64,000 nt of DNA from Macrostomum lignano (Eukaryota): contig NIVC01001917.1 of the NCBI GenBank assembly GCA_002269645.1, positions 157,942 through 221,941 of the forward strand. The letters run 5' to 3'. Positions 22,895 through 33,262 of this stretch are shown here, piece after piece. Positions within the stretch are counted from its first letter, which is position 1. Each line of letters starts with the position of its first letter. A model generated the notes under the pieces. It was not told where the DNA came from. It ran no database searches and was given only the letters and a program-made list of their open reading frames with translations. The position numbers and the translations under genes are program-made.

Positions 22895-23388
22895 GTAGAG
22901 TGAGGCGGGTGAGTAGTGAGGTGGGAGAGGAGTGAGTTGAGTGAGGAGTGAGGCGGGTGAAGAGTGAGGTGGGTGAGGAGTGAGGTGGGTGAGGAGTAAG
23001 GCGGGTGAGAAGTGGGGCGGGTGAGAAGTGGGGCGGGTGAGAAGTGGGGCGGGTGAGGAGTGAGGTGGGTGAGGAGTAAGGCGGGTTAGAAGTGAGACGG
23101 GTGAGGAGTGAGGTGGGTGAGGAGTGAGGTGGGTGAGGAGTAAGGCGGGTGAGGAGTTAGGTGGGTGAGGAGTGAGGTGGGTGAGGAGTGAGGTGGGTGA
23201 GGAGTAAGGCGGGTGAGGAGTGAGGTGGGTGAGGAGTGAGGTGGGTGAGGAGTGAGTTGAGTGAGGAGTGAGGCGGGTGAGGAGTGAGGTGGGTGAGGAG
23301 TGAGGTGGGTAGAGTAAGACGGGTTAGGAGTGAGGTGGGTGCGGAGTGAGGTGGGTGAGGAGCGGGGTGGGTGCGGAGTGAGGTGGGC
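22895..23388. repeat. G-rich 16-bp minisatellite GAGGAGTGAGGTGGGT just after the TRPM stop
   Basis: About 30 copies. The first downstream AATAAA is at 23724. Confidence 0.95.
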
Positions 23389-23861
23389 AAACAAAGCAAC
23401 GTTCCTATTGAAGAAGACGGCTGTGTAACGTATAGGGGGAGTTTGAGCTGAGTTTGCTGTCCGGTGTTCGGGTTCACTGTAGCTCTCCGTTCTCTTATGA
23501 GTGGAGTTTTCCTAATGACATTATTTTATAACTGAGATGTCGCTCGTATTACAGTAAACTTATAAAGTACACTCGTTCTTATACTGAAGTACATTTTAAA
23601 TTGACTGTTTTCGAGGAACTGACATGTTGTGCCTCTATTAATTAGTTTAAGTAATTTTATTCTAATACCGAAATTTAACTCGATTTACCTTGGTGTGTTG
23701 TCACGTGACTCTAAAATACATATAATAAATACATTTAGGCATAGACAGCCCAGCACAAACAATGCTTTTGTGTCCTGTTTGTTAATTTATTTTTCCGACA
23801 AACCCTGTGCTAAAGAAAGATCGTCTTGTACAAGTCCTTATTTGGCCAGTTCAACAGGTGT

Positions 23862-23970
23862 GGGCGGTTGTGAAGCCGTATGCAGTAACTGTATGAGGAC
23901 ATGAACTCTATTGGATAGACACAAAGCTGCATTGGCCAATCAGTGTAGCTGAGGAATCGTAAATATAAAT
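23862..23970 (+). promoter_or_regulatory. Candidate Pol II core promoter of the secreted-peptide gene
   Basis: GC box GGGCGG at 23862, ATTGG at 23910, ATTGGCCAAT at 23931-23940 and TATAAAT at 23964-23970, ~100 nt before the GTAAGT donor at 24073. Confidence 0.65.
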
Positions 23971-24071
23971 GAAGGCTTTCCAGACTTCGACTTCGGCATC
24001 TATCGGAGTTGAATCAAAAGAGAAGACCAACTGCTGATCTTTCTACTACCGAAAATTTCCAAATCCTAACC

Positions 24072-27000
24072 AGTAAGTGAGCCGCTGTGTCGGTCTGTGT
24101 TGATCCCGAAAAGTTAAAATTTGTAATTAAATTTCCATTCATTTTTCAGTGTCCACGCGAAGCTCCCTACTGGCTTTAGTTCTGGGATTTTACCTGCTGC
24201 TGCAGCTGATAAGCGCCGCCCAGTACCAAGGTGACATTCCAGGTAGACACAGGCTCGTACGAGTATATTAATCTCGTGTTGTTGTTTTTAGTATCAGGAA
24301 TCTTTTTAACTCTATCCATTTTTTGTGCTGAGAATTTTCTTAACTACTACCATTTAAACAAATAACAAATACACGGATTAGATAAACAAATCTAAAACTT
24401 ACGTAAACAAATTTAACATTCAGATAAACAAATTTAACAATCATATTAAAAAATCTAACAACCAGATTAATAAATCTGACAATCAGATAAACAAATCTAA
24501 AAATTACGGAAACAAATTTAACATTCAGATAAACAAATTTAACAACCTGATAAACAAATCTAACAACCGAATGAACAAATCTAACAACCAGACAAACAAA
24601 TCTAACAACTAGATAAACATATATAACAATCAAATTAACAAATTTAACAATCACATAAACAAATCTAACAAACAGATTAACAGGTTAGAATTAGATATTA
24701 GAGTTATTTTAAAAATGTGCTAATGCAGATAAAAGTTGCCGGTCTTAAGTGGCACATCATAAATAAAAATCAATATTCTAATATACTAAAAATGAAATGC
24801 TTGGTTGCTTGCTTGTAATTGATTTTCTCTCGAACGGCTCAACCGATTTTCTTCAAACTTGCACCATTCGATCAGAAATTTTCCCGGGACGGTACATGCA
24901 TATTGGCTAAGAAATTGCTCAATGTTAAAGGGATTAAATATTCGAAAAACATGATTTTTTGCAAAGGTCAAGCAGCTCTTTCGACCTGAAATGCATTGTA
25001 AGAATGCTAGAGAAAAATCTGACTGGTTGAATTCTGATTCTGAAATAGATTGCATCACAATACACTTTATTTATCGTCTGTGTACTGGCTGAATTTGACA
25101 CTCAATTGAATTGCGTCACAGCTTTGAGGGTGAAAGTATAGTGCAGTACTGAATTTATATTACGTAACCATATTGTTAACTTTCATAGACACTGGTACTG
25201 ACTTGCCTAAGAAATTGATTATGTCATAACTGCTTCGCGTGACTTTTTACTCTACCTGACTTGGTGTGAGTGTTGAATTAATTATATAAGTGGTACAAAT
25301 TCACTGATAACTTCGATGAGAGCTAGCCTAGAGCTGAGCAGACCAGACTGCTAATGCAGCGACCTGGGTTCGAATCTAAGTAGTTTAAAAGTAGTAGTGT
25401 AAAATTTTTTATTAAAAGCTTTTATTAAAGGACTAAATAAAAACACTTAGATTACTGCACTCGATAAGCTAAGGATTATTGCTCTTGGCAAACCAAGGAA
25501 TACTGCACTCGATAAGCCAAGGATTATTGCTCTTGGCAAACCAAGGATTACTGCACTCGATAAGCCATGGATTATTGCTATTAATAAACCAAGGATTACT
25601 GCACTCGATAAGCCAAGGATTATTGCTATTAATAAACCATGAATTACTGCACTCGATAAGCCAAGGATTATTGCTATTAATAAACCAAGGATTACTGCAC
25701 TCATAAGCCATGGATTATTGCTATTAATAAACCAAGGATTACTGCACTCGATAAGCCAAGGACTATTGCTATTAATAAACCAAGGATTACTGCACTCAAT
25801 AAACCAAGGACTATTGCTCTTGGCAAACCAAGGATTACTGCACTCGATAAGCCAAGGACTATTGCTCTTGGCAAACCAAGGATTACTGCACTCGATAAGC
25901 CATGGATTATTGCTATTAATAAACCAAGGATTACTGCACTCGATAAGCCAAGGATTATTGCTATTAATAAACTAAGGATTACTGCACTCGATAAACCAAG
26001 GATTATTGCTATTAATAAACCAAGGATTATGCACTTGGCAAACCAAGGATTACTGCAATCGATAAGCCAAGGATTATTGCTATTAATAAACCAAGCATTA
26101 CTGCACTCAATAAACCAATGACTATTGCTATTAATAAACCAAGGATTACTGCACTCAAAAAACCAAGGACTATTGCTCTTGGCAAACCAAGGATTACTGC
26201 ACTCGATAAGCCAAGGATTATTGCTATTAATAAACCAAGGATTACTGCACTCGATAAACCAAGGATTATTGCTATTAATAAACCAAGGATTACTGCACTC
26301 GATAAGCCAAGGATTATTGCTATTAATAAACCAAGGATTATGCACTTGGCAAACCAAGGATTACTGCACTCGATAAGCCAAGGATTATTGCTATTAATAA
26401 ACCAAGGATTACTGCACTCAATAAACCAAGGACTATTGCTATTAATAAACCAAGGATTACTGCACTCAATAAACCAAGGACTATTGCTCTTGGCAAACCA
26501 AGGATTACTGCACTCGATAAGCCAAGGACTATTGCTCTTGGCAAACCAAGGATTACTGCACTCGATAAGCCATGGATTATTGCTATTAATAAACCAAGGA
26601 TTACTGCACTCGATAAGCCAAGGATTATTGCTATTAATAAACCAAGGATTACTGCACTCGATAAACCAAGGATTATGCACTTGGCAAACCAAGGATTACT
26701 GCACTCGATAAGCCAAGGATTATTGCTATTAATAAACCAAGGATTACTGCACTCAATAAACCAAGGACTATTGCTATTAATAAACCAAGGATTACTGCAC
26801 TCAATAAACCAAGGACTATTGCTCTTGGCAAACCAAGGATTACTGCACTCGATAAGCCAAGGACTATTGCTCTTGGCAAACCAAGGATTACTGCACTCGA
26901 TAAGCCATGGATTATTGCTATTAATAAACCAAGGATTACTGCACTCGATAAGCCAAGGATTATTGCTATTAATAAACCAAGGATTACTGCACTCGATAAG

Positions 27001-30000
27001 GCATGGATTATTGCTATTAATAAACCAAGGATTACTGCACTCGATAAGCCAAGGATTATTGCTATTAATAAACCATGAATTACTGCACTCGATAAGCCAA
27101 GGATTATTGCTATTAATAAACCAAGGATTACTGCACTCGATAAGCCATGGATTATTGCTATTAATAAACCAAGGATTACTGCACTCGATAGCCAAGGATT
27201 ACTGCGCTTGATAAGCTTGGCTACATGTATAGGATTATTTCTATCCAGGGATGCTTGCTATTTAGGGATTCTTGCTATGTGCAGGATGCTTGCTATCTGG
27301 AAGGATGCTTCTACATTATTTGGGGTATGCTTGCTATCTGCAAGATGCTTGCTATCTGCAAGATGCTTGCTATCTGCAGATGCTTGCTATCTGGGTGGAT
27401 GCTTGCTAGGAGTATTAGGGGATGCTTGCTACTGGGGGGATGCTTGCTGTCTTGGGAATATTTTCTATTTAGGGGTAATGACTAAAATTCATGAGAGCTA
27501 GCCTAGAGGTAAACAGACTAAACTGCTAAATGCAGGGACGATGGTTCGAATTTTTAGAGAGTAGAGTTTTTTTAATTAAAGCCTTTTAACGCCAAGACAA
27601 AAAAAATTATGGAAGCGTCATGTAAACAATCATACAAGCGTCATGTAAACAATCATAGAAGCGTCATGTAAACAATCATAGAAGCGTCATGTAAAAATCA
27701 TAGAAGCGTCATGTAAAAATCATAGAAGCGTAATGTAAACAATCATAGAAGCGTCATGTTAAAATCATAAAAGCGTCATGTAAACAATCATACAAGCGTC
27801 ATGTAAACAATCATAGAAGCGTCATGTAAAAAAATCATAGAAGCGTCATGTTAAAATCATAAAAGCGTCATAAAAAATCATAGAAGCGTCATGCAAGCAA
27901 TCATAGAAGCGTAATGTAAACAATCATAGAAGCGTCATGTTAAAATCATACAAGCGTCATGTAAACAATCATACAAGCGTCATGTAAACAATCATAGAAG
28001 CGTCATGTAAAAAAATCATAGAAGCGTCATGTTAAAATCATAGAAGCGTCATGTAAACAATCATAGAAGCGTCATGTAAACAATCATAGAAGCGTCATGT
28101 AAAAATCATAGAAGCGTCATGTAAAAATCATAGAAGCGTCATGTAAACAATCATAAAAGCGTCATGTAAACAATCATAGAAGCGTCATGTATACAATCAT
28201 AGAAGCGTCATGTAAACAATCATAGAAGCGTCATGTAAAAAATCATAGAAGCGTCATGTAAAAATCATAGAAGCGTCATGTAAAAATCATAGAAGCGTCA
28301 TGTAAAAATCATAGAAGCGTCATGTAAAAATCATAGAAGCGTCAGGTAAAAAATCATAGAAGCGTCATGTAAAAATCATAAAAGCGTCATGTAAAAAATC
28401 ATAGAAGCGTCATGTAAACAATCATACAAGCGTCATGTAAACAATCATAGAAGCGTCATGTAAAAATCATACAAGCGTCATGTAAACAAGCATAGAAGCG
28501 TCATGAAAAAATTATAGAAGCCTCATATAAAAACTAATGAAAGTGTGTCATTTAAAAAATTAAGAAGCATCATGGAAGAATAAAAGAAGCGTAACGTAAA
28601 AATCAAAAGAAGCGTCATGTCAGACATGAAAGAAATGTCATATAAAAATTAAATGAAGCTATAGTACAGTGCTGTGCTGGGGAGAATTACTGAGACGTCA
28701 AGGCTCACAGAGAATAACTGAGATTGCAGGGGGGTTTCTGAGATGTTAAAGCAAAAGTCAGAAGCTACTTCAAAGTACATGTACTTTACTTAAGTTTTTT
28801 ATTGCATTCTTTGTTGGCTTGCCACGGTGGGGGGGCGCTGATAGAAGAAGAGTCATGTAAAAATAAAAGGAGCACTATGTATACATAAAATAAAAGTCAT
28901 GTCAAAGTTAAAAGATTCATTTGGGAATTGCTACGATGTCAAAGCTTGGAGGGAATCGTTATAGTGCTGTGATTCTTAAAGAAGGAATCACTTAAATGCC
29001 AAGGCTTAGGGAAGAAGAATTGCTGTGATTTCAAGGCTTTAGGTTGGGTGAAAGTTAGGTTTACGTCAGGTTTGGGTTGAGGGTTAGATTTTAGCGCGTT
29101 TCAAGGTTAACAGGGGATTTTTTAGATTTCAAGGTTTATGGGGGGCATCGCTGACATGTCAAGGCTTACGAGGGGAATCTATCTATCTATCTATAGCTGA
29201 GATGTCAAGGCTCACGGGGGAATAAATGAGATGTCAAGGCTAATGTCAGAAGCTACATGTAGTTTATTGGAAAAAAGTTATTACATTATTTGTTGGCTCC
29301 TCACGGGAGGGATCGCTGATAGAAAAAGCGTAATGTAAAAAAAAAAGAAGCTTCATGTCAAAGTTAAGAGATTCATTTGGGAATCCCTACGATGTCGAGG
29401 CTTGCAGGGAATCGCTATAATGCTGTAGTAGTGCTATAGACTCTTAGAGAGAATTACTGAAATTTCAATGCTTTAGGGTTAGGGTTAGGGTTAGGGTTAG
29501 AAAATAGACAGATTTTTTAAGATTTCAAGGCTTGTGGGAGCATTGCTGAGATGTCAAGGGGGGAGTTGATATGTTAAGGCTTGTGGGGGGATTGCTGACA
29601 TGTCAAGGCTTACAAGGGTACTGGTAGCGTACTGAAGCATACTGGTAGAAGTAGCTCTGAAAGAAGGCAAGTATGGTTGAATTTCAATGTCTGTTATAAA
29701 ATTCTGCACAAACATGTTTTATTGGTACATAAGCCTGGAATTAAAATGAGAATTCGATTCCTAGCCCCCCTCCCTAAGAATTTTTTTTCATTTAAAAGGA
29801 TTCGTCCCTTGCTTATTGGCCACCCCGAAGGCCATTTTTTATCAAAAATGATAAAAATAATTTTTATCAAACACGTTGACATATACAGGGCTCTAAACTA
29901 AAAACTGTAAAAAGTTGATAGTTTTGTTTTACCTAAAATGCGTTATTAACGATCTCCAAAAATTCCTATTTTAAGCTTAAGCTTAAGAAAAACACTTAAA

Positions 30001-30390
30001 GTACTCCTGCTAAAAGGTATATTATATTAGACGAATATTAATTATTTCTGCTCCCCGAAGGGGGGCAAAACTTTAGCTAGTACTACTAACTAATATCTAA
30101 CACTACTATTCAAACGCTACAATATCAGCCATTCCTTTCAAACGACTCCAGATGGGCTGCTGGCGGACCCGGATGGTTCGGACAGCTCGGTGCAGTCCAA
30201 AACGGGCCTGAACCGCGCGGAGCTGCCCGTGGTGCTCCTCGTCCGGGATGGAGCCGACAGCAACAACGAAGGCGCCGACTCAGCGCTGAGGCGCATTGTG
30301 AACGAGTTCCGTAAACGGGTGTCCGCCTATCTGGACAGGCGAAGCCAACCGAGCGCTCAGAAACGGCTGTCCGAGTTTATTGGAAAATAA
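24072..30390 (+). CDS. Secreted neuropeptide precursor-like protein (~106-110 aa), candidate EFL(G)amide/TRH-type
   Basis: Coding parts: A at 24072, 24150-24230 (or the in-phase alternative donor at 24242), and 30152-30390. Protein: MSTRSSLLALVLGFYLLLQLISAAQYQ(GDIP)DGLLADPDGSDSSVQSKTGLNRAELPVVLLVRDGADSNNEGADSALRRIVNEFRKRVSAYLDRRSQPSAQKRLSEFIGK*. It has a signal peptide, an acidic spacer, RR/RKR/RR/KR sites and a C-terminal G-K amidation signal. Phases match across both introns. Confidence 0.75.
24350..24680. repeat. Degenerate 21-bp A-rich minisatellite ATAAACAAATCTAACAACCAG
   Basis: Periodic AAACAAAT(C/T)TAAC. Confidence 0.85.
25316..25385 (+). mobile_element. Degenerate tRNA-derived head (related copy at 27490-27560)
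   Basis: ATGAGAGCTAGCCTAGAG..CAGAC..ACTGCTAA(A)TGCAG.GAC..GGTTCGAAT occurs in both copies, with A and B boxes but no acceptor stem. Confidence 0.55.
25447..27210. repeat. Hierarchical satellite: 24-bp monomers, 48-bp dimers and ~310-335 bp higher-order repeats
   Basis: Monomers AACCAAGGATTACTGCACTCGATA, AGCCAAGGATTATTGCTATTAATA and ...GCTCTTGGCA. The fusion junction GGATTATGCACTTGGCA recurs at ~26025, ~26336 and ~26671. Confidence 0.95.
27250..27460. repeat. Degenerate copy of the GATGCTTGCTATCTG minisatellite
   Basis: Same unit as 1-1075. Confidence 0.85.
27610..28520. repeat. 22-24 bp minisatellite ATCATAGAAGCGTCATGTAAA(C)A
   Basis: About 40 copies, with a variable A-run. Confidence 0.96.
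28660..29640 (-). repeat. Inverted copies of the 5526-6745 composite repeat, with an embedded (TTAGGG)4 at 29473-29500
   Basis: GCTGAGATGTCAAGGCT units and AGCTACATGT..TTGTTGGCT..CGCTGATAG heads. An internal ~450-bp duplication (CATGTCAAAGTTAA.AGATTCATTTGGGAAT) lies at ~28898 and ~29354. Confidence 0.8.
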
Positions 30391-30704
30391 CAATCTGGAT
30401 TACTCAATAGCTCGGATGAGTCGGGCTGCTGCGGCGAGAGAGGCAGTCGAGAGAGACTTCACAGCTCTCCTACATTCCAACGAGTTTCGTTTTTCTCCTA
30501 AATGAGCACTTTGAAACTTGAAAAATAAGCAATCGAACTTTATGTATCTCATATTAGCAAAAGAACAGTCTAAATAGAAATCCATTTGGAGTGTCCGAAG
30601 CCCCGACACCGAAAGCAATTGTTTTCCGAGTGCTGCAGTAAAATATTTCTTCTTTGTTATAATTTAATATCCAGATTCCTATTGGGAAATGTTTTACGTG
30701 TAAT

Positions 30705-32775
30705 CATGTACGGTCCCATGAGTGCGCATGTACTCATGTCTGTTGTGTACAATCATGTACAGTCACATGAGTGCGCATGTACTCATGTCTGTTGTGTACA
30801 ATCATGTACAGTCACATGAGTGTGCATGTACTCATGTCTGCTGTGTACAATCATGTACAGTCACATGAGTGCGCATGTACTCATGTCTGCTGTGTACAAC
30901 CATGTAAGTCCCATGAGTGCGCATGTACTCATGTCTGCTGTGTACAATCATGTACAGTCCAATGAGTGCGCATGTACTCATGTCTGCTGTGTACAATCAT
31001 GTACAGTCCCATGAGTGCGCATGTACTCATGTCTGCTGTGTACAACCATGTAAGTCCCATGAGTGCGCATGTACTCATGTCTGCTGTGTACAATCATGTA
31101 CAGTCCCATGAGTGCGCATGTACTCATGTCTGCTGTGTACAATCATGTACAGTCACATGAGTGTGCAGGTACTCATGTCTGCTGTGTACAAGCATGTACA
31201 GTCCCATGAGTGTGCATGTACTCATGTCTGCTGTGTACAAGCATGTACAGTCCCATGAGTGTGCATGTACTCATGTCTGCTGTTTACAAGCATGTACAGT
31301 CACATGAGTGTGCATGTACTCATGTCTGCTGTGTACAATCATGTACAGTCCCATGAGTGTGCATGTACTCATGTCTGCTGTTTACAAGCATGTACAGTCA
31401 CATGAGTGTGCATGTACTCATGTCTGCTGTGTACAAGCATGTACAGTCACATGAGTGTGCAGGTACTCATGTCTGCTGTGTACAATCATGTACAGTCACA
31501 TGAGTGTGCAGGTACTCATGTCTGCTGTGTACAATCATGTACAGTCACATGAGTGTGCAGGTACTCATGTCTGCTGTGTACAATCATGTACACTCACATG
31601 AGTGTGCAGGTACTCATGTCTGCTGTGTACAAGCATGTACAGTCCCATGAGTGTGCATGTACTCATGTCTGCTGTGTACAAGCATGTACAGTCCCATGAG
31701 TGTGCATGTACTCATGTCTGCTGCTTACAAGCATGTACAGTCACATGAGTGTGCATGTACTCATGTCTGCTGTGTACAATCATGTACAGTCCCATGAGTG
31801 TGCATGTACTCATGTCTGCTGTTTACAAGCATGTACAGTCACATGAGTGTGCATGTACTCATGTCTGCTGTGTACAAGCATGTACAGTCACATGAGTGTG
31901 CAGGTACTCATGTCTGCTGTGTACAATCATGTACAGTCACATGAGTGTGCAGGTACTCATGTCTGCTGTGTACAATCATGTACAGTCACATGAGTGTGCA
32001 GGTACTCATGTCTGCTGTGTACAATCATGTACACTCACATGAGTGTGCAGGTACTCATGTCTGCTGTGTACAATCATGTACAGTCACATGAGTGTGCAGG
32101 TACTCATGTCTGCTGTGTACAATTATGTACAGTCACATGAGTGTGCAGGTACTCATGTCTGCTGTGTACAAGCATGTACAGTCACATGAGTGTGCAGGTA
32201 CTCATGTCTGCTGTGTACAATCATGTACAGTCACATGAGTGTGCAGGTACTCATGTCTGCTGTGTACAAGCATGTACAGTCACATGAGTGTGCAGGTACT
32301 CATGTCTGCTGTGTACAATTATGTACAGTCACATGAGTGTGCAGGTACTCATGTCTGCTGTGTACAATCATGTACAGTCACATGAGTGTGCAGGTACTCA
32401 TGTCTGCTGTGTACAAGCATGTACAGTCACATGAGTGTGCAGGTACTCATGTCTGCTGTGTACAATCATGTACAGTCACATGAGTGTGCAGGTACTCATG
32501 TCTGCTGTGTACAAGCATGTACAGTCACATGAGTGTGCAGGTACTCATGTCTGCTGTGTACAATTATGTACAGTCACATGAGTGTGCAGGTACTCATGTC
32601 TGCTGTGTACAAGCATGTACAGTCACATGAGTGTTCAGGTACTCATGTCTGCTATGTACAAGCATGTACAGTCACATGAGTGTGCAGGTACTCATGTCTG
32701 CTGTGTACAATTATGTACAGTCACATGAGTGTGCAGGCACTCATGTCTGCTGTGTACAATTATGTACAGTCACAT
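30705..32775. repeat. 49-bp satellite, ~42 copies, with internal palindromes
   Basis: CATGAGTGTGCA(T/G)GTACTCATGTCTGCTGTGTACAATCATGTACAGTCA; no spacers between units. Confidence 0.98.
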
Positions 32776-33262
32776 ATGAGAGTAAATGTACTCATTTCTA
32801 CGCACCTGCAGAGACTCGGGGAAATATATGTCTCTCGATGTGCTTATTTGTTCAAGTAGCCAATTGGCAATTAAAAAAACAGAGAGACACTGCAGACGCC
32901 CCTCGCCAGTAGCCGCCAGAAATGGCGAGCGAAATTCTCAAGCCCTTTCGTCGGCTCTGAAAAATCTGCGATAAGAAATGGCCAGCTTTCTCAATTGTTA
33001 AGTGCTACGAGCTGCGCAAGAAGCCTTCGTAAAAGACGCGGAGGGGGGGGGGGTTGCGATGCGACGTGAAGCGCGTACAATTAATTCTGGAGATGCAGAC
33101 AGGCTATTGTTGCACTGCAGGCAAGGGTCGCCACCTATTGATGTTTCAGAGAGGAGAGGACGGCGCTCTCAGTTGTGAATATTAATGCAGCAGACAGCTA
33201 CACTGTGTATGCAAGACTGCAGTGCAACTTCAAACTGCACTCAGCACTCAGGTTGCCTCGGC

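Noticed and set aside
29473-29500. True telomere or chromosome-fusion site
   Set aside because: There are only four units, in a single orientation, embedded in a dispersed repeat within an intron.
30705-32775. CRISPR-like array of palindromic repeats (also considered 10898, 46310 and 56255)
   Set aside because: The units are head-to-tail with no unique spacers, there are no cas genes, and the context is eukaryotic.
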